Shown: positions 27,649 through 36,635 of the stretch, piece by piece
Layout of the letters: every line of letters begins with the position of its first letter
How positions within the stretch are numbered: position 1 is the first letter of the stretch
Source of the DNA: Diplonema japonicum
Taxonomy: Eukaryota; Protista; Euglenozoa: Diplonemea
Assembly (NCBI GenBank): GCA_964019335.1
Contig: OZ025659.1
Location: forward strand, 434,001 to 498,000
Direction of reading: 5' to 3'
DNA: 64,000 nucleotides
Made by a program: the position numbers and the translations under genes
Notes under the pieces: generated by a model
What the model was told of the DNA's origin: nothing
Database searches by the model: none
Seen by the model: the letters and a program-made list of their open reading frames with translations, nothing else

Positions 27649-28167
27649 ATGTATTTCGGAGCGTCGTGTGGTGGGTCGCTGTACGGGCCTGACACGTTAA
27701 TACAAGAGGAGTTGGGCATGATTCTATTTGAAGAGAAAAACCAGATTTGCTACAGCTGGCTTGTTGACAGATGTGGAGTGACAAGTGAAGAGGCAAGTAA
27801 ATCGCTAGAGCGGTTTGCTGAGGCGTACCCAGAAGAGGTTGTTGTCTCATATCTGGTTGAAGGGCTTGACAAATCGAGTGGCATCCCCATCAGTACCGTT
27901 ACTGAGGATCTTGCAGCGTTGCGTCCAACCTTAGCAGAAAATCTAAAAATAACTATCTACGGCTTGACCCCAAGGTCAGGTTCATTCTCTGAAGATGGTG
28001 AATCCTCACATATGGTCACGGATGAAGATGAGGCCACCCCACCGCACCGCCCACGCACATTCATATCACGAAAGCGGCGGCCTGCAGATTGCCAGCCTTG
28101 TGATATGGACACTGAAATGGGTGGATGCTATCAAAATGCTTATAAACGACAGAATGTTGGCTGTTGA
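27649..28167 (+). CDS. short protein resembling the N-terminal winged-helix of DNA polymerase delta subunit 3 (POLD3/Cdc27)
   Basis: ICYSWLVDRCGVTSEEASKSLERF...VVVSYLVEG parallels the POLD3 pattern VTYKWLS..LGV..NQAK.ML..Y...VTYLVSG. An alternative start is ATG 27718. Confidence 0.5.
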   Translation: MYFGASCGGSLYGPDTLIQEELGMILFEEKNQICYSWLVDRCGVTSEEASKSLERFAEAYPEEVVVSYLVEGLDKSSGIPISTVTEDLAALRPTLAENLKITIYGLTPRSGSFSEDGESSHMVTDEDEATPPHRPRTFISRKRRPADCQPCDMDTEMGGCYQNAYKRQNVGC

Positions 28168-29033
28168 GAAAAAAAAAAAAAAAAAAGAATGGGGTACAAA
28201 AAAAAATTTTTTTTTCCCCGTCGTTTGACAAAAAAAAAATTTTGCCAAAAGAATGTGTGTAAAGGCCCAATTTTTTTTGACACCCCCCCCCATCTCCCCC
28301 GTTACCCCATAATTTTGTTTGAGGTTTCTTTTTTTTTAAAAATTTTTTTTTTCTAATCTTTTCACTTCATTGTGAGAAACAAAACATTTACACATTTTTT
28401 TTTTCAAAACATTCAGAGCCGGGCTTTCCCGGTTCGGTTCTTCAAAATTGTCAAACGCACAAACCATCCGTCGGTCTATACCTTAACATCTTGGGGGGGG
28501 GGGGGGGGGGTGATAGGGGGATAGAGGGAAAAAAAAGGGGACTATGTTACTCCCCTCCTTTATTTTTTTACTCAAAAAAAAGGGGATTTCCCCCCATTTA
28601 TTTATATAGCGGGTAGCACTTACTTCCCTCTCATACTGTTATAGTGATTCCATCTTTGTCCCCTCTTCCCCCCCTTTTTTTTCTCCTCCCTCTTTCTTCT
28701 TTTATCAAGAAAACCGAGATATCATAGTCATCAACAGGTGTATGTGAGGGGAGAATGGGAGGGGGAGGGGATACTGTTACTAGTTACTTTCTGTTTGTTT
28801 GTTTTTTTTTTTTTTTTCTTCTTCTTTTTTTTTTTTCCGGTAGGACAGCCAGACCAAGGTTTCTTCGGGCCTAGGTCTAGTGTGTCACCTTAAATCAAAG
28901 TGAGGGAGCTGGTGCAACATTGGGAGACAAGGGGGGGGGGGGGAGAGGAGGGAGATACCTAACCCCACAGTTTTCTTTTTTGGGGGAACGACCCCAAAAG
29001 GGGAGCATCATAAGGTAGGCACGCCACCGCGGC

Positions 29034-29072
29034 GGGCCGTTGCTAACCACTTCGTTCCTGTCATAGTGAATT
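29034..29072 (+). repeat. 39-bp element duplicated at 31385-31423
   Basis: gggccgttgctaaccactWcgttcctRtcatagtgaatt, with 2 mismatches between copies. Confidence 0.85.
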
Positions 29073-29718
29073 TTTTTTTTCTTCTTCTTTTCTTTTGAAA
29101 CTATTGTGTCTTCTGAAGTTCTTTTTGCCGGCGGAAAAAAAAAAAAAAAAACCTGTTTCCCTATTCCTGTCTGTCCTGATAGCTCCACCTTCGGAGGGGC
29201 CCAGAAAGCCTAGACAGAAGGGAGATAACTTTTTAAAAAAAAAAAAGTGTGTATGTGTGTACGGTGTAATGCAAACGAGCGTCGCTTTCCCCCGCTTTTT
29301 TCTTCTTTTTTTTCTCCCCCGGGAAAAAAAAAAAAGAGTGAGTTGTGGAAAACTTAGAAGAAAGAAGGAAAAAAAAAAAAGGAAAAAAAAAAAAGAAAAA
29401 AAAACGACCCCCTGGGAGCAATATGTTTGCTCGGGGGGAGGGAAAGAAAGAAAAAAAAATATATATATCGATACTACGTTCTATTCTGAAAAAGGTTTTC
29501 CGGGGAAAAAAAAAATCAAAACGGGGAATGGGGGGAGGGGGAAATAAAATATCAAGCAGGTATCTTTCTTTTTTCGCCATGTGGGTCCCCTCCCCCCCAC
29601 CCCTTTTTATGTATTATTTTCTTCTTCTGGTGTGATCAAAAAAAAGTCCGGTTCCCCCCCCCCCTTTTTTTCTCATAGCAAAAAAAAAAAAAAGTAAAGC
29701 GGTGGGTGACAAAAAAAA

Positions 29719-31092
29719 ATGCGCACGTGGTGGAAAAAACACTCTGGCATCACCTGCGCGGCAGTAGGTGTGGCGGTATCACTACTAAGCGATATTTCAA
29801 TCTATGCAGTTCTCCCAACTGCATTTGGAGATTTGGGCCTGGAACAATGGCAGGTGGGGCTGGTGCTCAGCGCCAACAGATGGGTCCGGCTCCTCACAAA
29901 CTACCCCGTGGGGATCGCCGCGAAAACATACCCAGAGTACATCGGCGAGATGTTCTCGATGAGCCTCCTCCTTGGATGTATATGCAGCGCTTGCTACGCC
30001 ATATCACAACGCTTCTGGGTCCTGATGATAGGGCGTTGCTTATGGGGTGCTGCATGGTCTGCCATCCGTAACTCCGCACTTCTCTGTGTTAGAAATGTAG
30101 TTAAATCCGGTGATCTTCCAGCAGGTGAAGCAACAGGGTACTACGACGGTGTGAGCAGGGTGGGCGCTGTAGTGGGGCTTTTTGCGGGCGGGCCAATCTA
30201 CGATTCGTTGTCCTTCTCGTGGTTGTTTACATTTTGGGGTGCGATCGCGTTCGTTGCGGTCCCCTTGGGGAAGATATCCCATAGCATCACCATCAAGCAG
30301 CTCTCCACCTCAACATTCGAAGACACAACCTCAGGTCCCACAACATCATGCAGAACTGCATGCAAACAACCTCCACAAAAATTCGCCTTGCTCGCCATCG
30401 CTTTCATCACCGGATGCGTCTCATGGGGTTTGGTCATAGGCACCCTTGGGATGATCTTAAAGGAGCAGTACGGTGAAGAGGTTGACATGGGTGCCTTCAG
30501 CGTGAAGATAGCAACGTTTAACAGTATTGTGTTGGGTGTGAGGTGGACTTTAGAGGTGCTTGGGACACCGCTTCTTGGAAGGCTTTGCGACAGAGTCGGG
30601 CGGAAGAAGGCTTCCCTTGTCTCGTTTGTCATCGGGACCCTTGGGACGCTGTCGTGTTTGTTGCTTCCTGCGAAGTTCATGTTTGTTGGGATCATGTTGC
30701 TCTTCATCAGCGCATCTTCGGTCTCGATAGCAGCGCTCACGGAGGCTGTTGACACAGACATGATTTCTTCTTACGTTACGCTGCAGGACTTTGGATCTGC
30801 GGTTGGGCCTGTGTTAGGGTACACCCTACCCCATACGGGCCTCTCTGCTAAAGTGGGTGTTTTTTCCACTGTAGTGCTCTTGTATTCTCTTGGTATCCTG
30901 TGTTCGTTGAAGGCTTACGAAAATAGATTTTTGGTAGTCCTGGACACGGACGTCGCTGGGCTAGAAGTTGAACTGGACACAGTCCCCGAATTGGTCCCCG
31001 AACGCAGCAATGAGGAAGCTGCCCCAGAAGAGGTAGAGGAGGGTCCGAAGGAAACAGAAGACGATACCGTAGCGCTCGTCGATAAAGTTTGA
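29719..31092 (+). CDS. MFS transporter, paralog 1
   Basis: About 12 hydrophobic segments, VGLVLSANRWVRL, and MFS motif A GRLCDRVGRK. Confidence 0.9.
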   Translation: MRTWWKKHSGITCAAVGVAVSLLSDISIYAVLPTAFGDLGLEQWQVGLVLSANRWVRLLTNYPVGIAAKTYPEYIGEMFSMSLLLGCICSACYAISQRFWVLMIGRCLWGAAWSAIRNSALLCVRNVVKSGDLPAGEATGYYDGVSRVGAVVGLFAGGPIYDSLSFSWLFTFWGAIAFVAVPLGKISHSITIKQLSTSTFEDTTSGPTTSCRTACKQPPQKFALLAIAFITGCVSWGLVIGTLGMILKEQYGEEVDMGAFSVKIATFNSIVLGVRWTLEVLGTPLLGRLCDRVGRKKASLVSFVIGTLGTLSCLLLPAKFMFVGIMLLFISASSVSIAALTEAVDTDMISSYVTLQDFGSAVGPVLGYTLPHTGLSAKVGVFSTVVLLYSLGILCSLKAYENRFLVVLDTDVAGLEVELDTVPELVPERSNEEAAPEEVEEGPKETEDDTVALVDKV

Positions 31093-31384
31093 AAAAAAAA
31101 ATTTTTTTTTAGTTCCCCCTGGCCTCCTGTATCTCTTATATATTATGTTTTTTTTTTTTTTTTTTTTTTTTTTATTCTGATGGAGGCAACTGCTTTCTTT
31201 GGGCACGTTTCGAGTTTATGTTATTTTTTTTAAAAAAAAAAAAAAAAAAAAAGAGTGGTGGTAATTTTTTTATTCGGTTTTCTTGTTTTTTTTCTTTCTT
31301 TTTTTTTTCTTTTCTCCTCCATTTCCTGTTTTGAAGAGCTGCCCCGCTTGTCAGCGGTGTTTTTTTTTTATTGTTTTTTCTGGT

Positions 31385-31423
31385 GGGCCGTTGCTAACCA
31401 CTACGTTCCTATCATAGTGAATT
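31385..31423 (+). repeat. second copy of the 39-bp element upstream of MFS paralog 2
   Basis: Near-identical to 29034-29072. Confidence 0.85.
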
Positions 31424-31943
31424 CTTTTTTTATTAGGCGCTCCTCTTACAAGAAGAACAAAAAGAAAGAAAACGGAACACAAAAAAAAAAGTTGAAGCAT
31501 TTATTAAAACGACAGGGGGGACAAAAAGGGTTTTTTATCTCCAGTCGAGTACCCGAGTAGGAGGGAAGGAAAAAAAAAAAAAAACAAGAAAAAAAATCAA
31601 GAATTGTCCAATCAGCAGGCTGAGGACCGGATTGTATTTTTCGTCATCTGGTCCCTGTTCAGCACTGTGGGCTATTGAAACACAAAAATTCCTTCCCCCC
31701 CCAGGTTAGTCAATAAGCAGATACCATGCATTAATGTCTGTGAATAAAAAACTACATTCTACACGGCTTTCCCCCCTGAAATATCATTGTGTAGACCCCC
31801 CCCCCCCCCCCCCCCGCTTTGTTTCTTTTTTCTTTTTATTCTCCATTCCTTTCTTTTCCTTCTTCCTTCTTCACTTACTTAAAAAAAATATGGGGGATGG
31901 TTAATGCATCTTCAAGAATCAAAGTTTACAAAAAAAAAAAAAA

Positions 31944-32361
31944 AATAGCTATTTATTGCCAACAAATAATGAGTCATTATTTAACTCGAGTTCCCGAATT
32001 TTTTGCACTCGGGCCCGCAGGGCCCGAGTGCAAAAAAACGGTAACGAGTGTTAAATAATGGCTCATTTGGCGGCAAGTAAGTCGTTTTATTTCGCTTTTC
32101 GTCATTTGAGTCACTCACTCTTCACTGCTTTCACTGCTGTTTTTTTTCACGCAGGTCAGCTTTTTGGGGATTTTCCTAAGGTAATACAGGGTAGCTATTT
32201 CGCCGTGGCATTTAAAGGGGAAGTAAGGGGCACTTATTCCCACTTTTAAGGGCTGGAATGGCTAGTTAAATAATGGCGATTTCGCGTTAAATAATGGCCG
32301 TTTGCGCGTTAAATAATGAGGCCCCTAGTGAGTGAAGAAAATGACGAAGAGTGAAATAAAA
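31944..32361 (+). mobile_element. non-autonomous Crypton-like hairpin element A
   Basis: AATAGCTATT terminus, imperfect palindrome 31956-32076 with GGGCCC-GCA-GGGCCC apex, subterminal inverted repeats 32085-32119 / 32327-32361, and iterated TTAAATAATG. Confidence 0.8.
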
Positions 32362-32662
32362 AAATATAAAAAAAAAAAAAAAGGAAAAGAAAACGAGAAA
32401 GAGAAGAAAAAAAAAAACCTCCAGAGCCCGAAGCCTGAAATCTTTATTTTTTTCACTTTTCGCACCTTCTTCTTCTTTTTCTTTTTTTTTTTTTTTAGAT
32501 ATTTCATCCCTTCTTTCTTTTTCATCTTCATGTGTCGGTCGTTCAAGTACGAAAAAAAAAAAAAAAAAAAAAAACTGCCATCTAACTTGTTCAGTTTCAA
32601 ACGCCACTCCACCCCATTTTTAAAATTATTATATATCCTTCCGCACTCTACTCCTCCACAGG

Positions 32663-33982
32663 ATGCCTACATGGTGGAGCACACATGGGGGGATCACCCT
32701 GACTGCGGCGGCGGTAGCGATTTCATTGCTAGGTGACCTCTCGCTGTTCGCTGTTCTCCCCACGGCGTACAACACACTGGGCTTATCTTTATGGCAGGTC
32801 GGTGTTGTTCTGAGCGCAAGCAGGTGGGTGCGGCTTCTCACAAACTACCCTGTGGGGCTCATGGCCAAGGAACGCCCCGACCACATCGGCACCGTCTTCA
32901 GCACCGGTCTTTTCATCGGATGCTTCTGCAGCGCTTGCTTCGCGTTTTCCCAACAATTCTGGGTCCTCGTTGCCGGCCGCTGTTTATGGGGCTTAGCATG
33001 GTCTGCCATCCGTAACTCCGCACTGCTCTCTGTTCGAAATGTTATAAAATCCGGCGATCTTCCAGCAGGTGAAGCAACTGGGTACTACGACGGTGTGAGC
33101 AGGGTGGGCGCTGTAGTGGGGCTCATAGCTGCCGGTCCTATCTACGATTCGTTGTCCTTCTCGTGGTTGTTCGGGATATGGTGTGCGATCGCGTTCGTTG
33201 CGGTCCCCTTGGGGAAGGTTGCCCATAGTATCACCATCAAACAGCTTTCAATGTCCACCTTTGACGAACCGCAACTGTCTGGCCCGTCCGGATGCAGAAC
33301 TGCATGCAAACAACCTCCACAAAAATTCGCCTTGCTTGCAATATCCTTCATCACCGGGTCCGTCTCATGGGGTTTGGTAGTGGGTGCATTGGGGATGATC
33401 TTAAAGGAGCAGTACGGTGAAGAGGTTGACATGGGTGCCTTCAGCGTGAAGATAGCAACGTTTAACAGTATTGTGTTGGGTGTGAGGTGGACTTTAGAGG
33501 TGCTTGGGACACCGCTTCTTGGAAGGCTTTGCGACAGAGTCGGGCGGAAGAAGGCTTCCCTTGTCTCGTTTGTCATCGGGACCCTTGGGACGCTGTCGTG
33601 TTTGTTGCTTCCTGCGAAGTTCATGTTTGTTGGGATCATGTTGCTCTTCATCAGCGCATCTTCGGTCTCGATAGCAGCGCTCACGGAGGCTGTTGACACA
33701 GACATGATTTCTTCGTTTGTGAATTTGCAGGATCTTGGATCGTCTCTGGGCACAGTCACAGCTTATGCAATACCTTACACAGGTCTCTCTGCTAAAGTGG
33801 GTGTTTTCTCCACCATAGTAGTGTTGTACTTTTGTGGTGTGCTGTTGTCCTTTAAGGCCTACGAGAGCGCGGGCCGCAGTGACTTGTCACGACCGTTGAC
33901 AACCACGTCAGTCGAAAGGCTCTGGTGCTTGGATCTCAGTGACAGTGACCCCGATTTGGAAATGGATGTCGTGGAGGAGTGA
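32663..33982 (+). CDS. MFS transporter, paralog 2
   Basis: Colinear with 29719-31092 at offset 2944; 33392-33714 reads identical to 30448-30770. Confidence 0.9.
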   Translation: MPTWWSTHGGITLTAAAVAISLLGDLSLFAVLPTAYNTLGLSLWQVGVVLSASRWVRLLTNYPVGLMAKERPDHIGTVFSTGLFIGCFCSACFAFSQQFWVLVAGRCLWGLAWSAIRNSALLSVRNVIKSGDLPAGEATGYYDGVSRVGAVVGLIAAGPIYDSLSFSWLFGIWCAIAFVAVPLGKVAHSITIKQLSMSTFDEPQLSGPSGCRTACKQPPQKFALLAISFITGSVSWGLVVGALGMILKEQYGEEVDMGAFSVKIATFNSIVLGVRWTLEVLGTPLLGRLCDRVGRKKASLVSFVIGTLGTLSCLLLPAKFMFVGIMLLFISASSVSIAALTEAVDTDMISSFVNLQDLGSSLGTVTAYAIPYTGLSAKVGVFSTIVVLYFCGVLLSFKAYESAGRSDLSRPLTTTSVERLWCLDLSDSDPDLEMDVVEE

Positions 33983-34130
33983 GGGGGAAAAAAAAAGAAT
34001 AGAAAACGATTCACTCTTTCTGAAATTACTTCACGCCTGTCCCAACCTTCAGTACCGCAGCCTTCAACAACGCAATAATCAATACCAACTCTACAATGAC
34101 CACACCAAAACCACCCGAGGTGCCTGCTAA

Positions 34131-34871
34131 TATAGCTATTTACTGCCAACAAGTAATGACTTTACCGTTACCTCGAGGTTCCGCATTTTACCGTCGAGGG
34201 CCCGCAGGGCCCGAGATGGTAAATGCGGAACCGAGAGGTCGGTAAAGCATTACTTGGCGGTAGGTAAGTGGTTTTATTTCACGACACTCAGAAATTACTT
34301 CACCACGAGGGGCACAACGGGGTGACAAGGGGTACAACAAGAGAGGGGTTACAAAGGTTACAATACAAGTTGTTTTCCCTCCTTTTGTTGACTAAGAGCT
34401 GCCGCTGTCGCTGGCATTGCCACTGTAACCATCTCTAATCAAGCCTTCCCATACCTGGCGCGGCCGCTGGCTCCTTTTTTTCTGCTGCTTCGGTATTTTG
34501 AAGTCTTTTGGGGAGCTTGGGTAAGCTGACTAAGTTACCCTTACCCACAGAAGAGTTACCCCCAGAAACTGGGAACAAGGCCTAGCCAAAAGTGGGCAAA
34601 TTGGGAGGAAAAGGTAGTCCAACTTGGAACTGAGCCGAGGCAAAAGTTGGCCAATTGAGCTGAACCTGGGGGAAATAGCAAACTGAGAGGAAAAAGTAGC
34701 CCCACTGGGAACCGAACCGAGGCAAAAATTGGCCTACCGAGGCATATTATTTAACGGAAACCCCCTATTACTTCACGGAAAACAGGCCATTATTTCACCG
34801 TGAAGTAATGAGATTTAGCGTGAAGTAATGGGCCCCCCAGTGCGTGAAGTAATTTCTGAAGAGTGAAATAA
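34131..34871 (+). mobile_element. non-autonomous Crypton-like hairpin element B
   Basis: TATAGCTATTTACTGCCAACAA terminus homologous to element A, palindrome 34143-34263 with the same GGGCCC-GCA-GGGCCC apex, SIRs 34272-34303 / 34844-34871, iterated TGAAGTAAT, and AATAT at 34129-34133 and 34872-34876. Confidence 0.8.
34568..34741 (+). repeat. degenerate internal tandem repeat inside element B
   Basis: Three related units starting act(g/t)ggaac at 34568, 34622 and 34704, each followed by ccNagScaaaa.tggc. The motif gaggaaaa.gtag occurs twice. Confidence 0.6.
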
Positions 34872-34926
34872 AATATGATTCTGAAAGTAAAGATGGACCT
34901 AAGTCCCGCCTTCACCTAGCAGGGAC

Positions 34927-35100
34927 CTGTATTGTAATTCCATGAAATCCCAGTTTCCCCTCGTGCTGAAGTAATTTCTGAGTGTCGTGATATAAAACCA
35001 CTTACATGCCTCCAAGTAATGCTGTAACGCAGGGCTCTCGGTAAAATCGAGAACCTCTAGTGGCGTTGAAGTCATGACCTGTTGGCATTAAATAGCTATT
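34927..35100 (-). mobile_element. degenerate inverted copy (element C) of the hairpin end of element B
   Basis: The reverse complement reads aatagctatttaatgccaacagg...gcattacttggaggcatgtaagtggttttatatcacgacactcagaaattacttcagcacgagggg, matching 34131-34312 with the hairpin partly deleted. Confidence 0.8.
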
Positions 35101-35176
35101 AAATGTCTGTGTCCAATATTTTGTGTGAATGCACGATTCTTCAAGAAGTTTTTATTTTTTATTATTATTTTTTTTT

Positions 35177-36248
35177 TTTTATTTCACAGTTTATTTCCCT
35201 CGGCCTAAATTCTCAAAGAGCGGGGAACGTAAAGTAGTTTCCCCCGGGCAAATAAACTTTTAAGCCAAATTTAACAGGGCGGGGAAATAAACCCGTCCTG
35301 GGACCGTAACGAAGAGCGTCACGTGGCTGCCACTTTATCAAGTGACGAGGTTCAAGATTATATTGAACAAAAAAAAGGGACCGCTAACGCCGCTATCGTT
35401 GCTTGCATGTTTAGCGGGGGCATGAGAGCTTGCGAAGTGGTGTCGATGGAAATCAGCGACATTGTTAAGACTCAAGTTGATGGGAGTTTTATCTGCACCA
35501 TAGCACGTTCAAAGACGGGTGGGCACACAAAATTCCACATGTCTGGCATTTATGCATCAGCAATGGACTAGTACTTGTTGCTACGACCTAAGAAAGAGAC
35601 CAAGCGTCTGTTCCTTTCGGAGAGAGGAACGCCCAATGGCAAAAACAAGGTATACAAACTGGGGTACGATGTGGCATCCATCATCGGAAAGCCCGCCAAT
35701 GAGATATCCAAGTTTACGTCACACATTTTTCGACGTTCTGCGGCCACAGCTGCTGCTGAAAACGGCGCATCTATCTCCATGATGCAATCACATTTTGGAT
35801 GGAGAAACCCAAGCATGCCAGCAATGTACGTGGAACAGAGCACAAGCAGTGCGCAACACATGGCAGGACTTTTGAGTCAAATACAGACCAGCCCAGGACC
35901 AGGAAGCCCAAGCCAGTCACAGGACGTCAACATCAATATCAACATCCGCACACGCCAGGAGTAGATAGTACCCACACCCCTTTTTTCTTTTCTTTTGCCA
36001 TTTTTATTTTTTCATTCTACAAACAAGCGTGATAGTCCAGCGTATTCCGGAGTCCACGTCCCGCTCTTTGAGAATTTAGGCCTCGGGAAAATAAACTGTA
36101 AATAAAACGCCGTATTCCGGGGTAAAGTAGGGTTTACCTTTTCCCTCGACAGATTGTCCTGGCCCCTCGGAACCAATTTTTCCTCGGGAACCACAATCTG
36201 TCTCGGGGAAATAAACCCTACTTTATTGCCCCGGAATAAATAGTTATT
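35177..36248. mobile_element. Crypton-like tyrosine-recombinase element D (internal-deletion derivative)
   Basis: SIRs 35177-35224 / 36060-36107 share a 23-bp perfect core, cccgctctttgagaatttaggcc. The terminal palindrome is 36113-36238 and the terminus AATAGTTATT is at 36239-36248. The element encloses a YR ORF. Its architecture is the same as A/B but inverted. Confidence 0.85.
35323..35964 (+). pseudogene. tyrosine recombinase catalytic domain (CryptonI-like), in-frame TAG at 35569-35571, N-terminal core-binding domain missing
   Basis: ORFs 35323-35571 and 35575-35964 are in one frame. Motifs are GGMRACEV (R), RSKTG (K), SHIFRRSAAT (HxxR), HFGWRN (W) and AMYVE (Y). Confidence 0.9.
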
Positions 36249-36494
36249 TTTTTTTTTTCTTTTCCCGATACGATAAGATGGCATCTTTTTTTTCCAGCTT
36301 TCTTTTTTCCTGCCGTTTTATATATTCAAACCCGGCGAAAAAAGAAGAAGAAAAAAAAAACTAATTCGATGATGCCTTCTCTTTAACGCATGCTTTCAAG
36401 GCAAAGGCTCACCCCCCTCCCCACTTGCTAACATTCTTGATAACTTTAATGAGGCCTCCCTGGCCTTCCTCTCTCTTCCTCTCTCTTGTTCTTA

Positions 36495-36580
36495 CTGTAA
36501 ACAAAAAATACCGGACGGACAAACTCCCGGACGCGACGGAAACCCGGACGTTTGTCCGTCCGGCATTTTTTGTTTTACAG
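36495..36580. repeat. 86-bp foldback / mini inverted-repeat element
   Basis: ctgtaaacaaaaaataccggacggacaaac ... gtttgtccgtccggcattttttgttttacag, with about 30-bp arms and internal ccggacg repeats. Confidence 0.85.
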
Positions 36581-36635
36581 CATAATATTTTTTTTTTCTT
36601 TGTTTCCCCCCTAAGTACACCATTTTTTTTTTTAA

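Noticed and set aside
31956-32076. Rho-independent terminator or pre-miRNA reading of the hairpins
   Set aside because: The locus is eukaryotic, and the same architecture recurs in both orientations with SIRs and encloses a YR in D.
34131-35100. Single MITE with long TIRs
   Set aside because: B already has its own complete right end at 34844-34871 matching the layout of A and D, and C is much more diverged. Two insertions is the simpler reading; the composite is kept only as a possibility.
35569-35571. TAG read-through or reassigned genetic code in the YR ORF
   Set aside because: TAG is the normal stop of RPS3, alpha-tubulin, TEP1 and Prx in this window, and the YR is also 5'-deleted, so a nonsense mutation is simpler.
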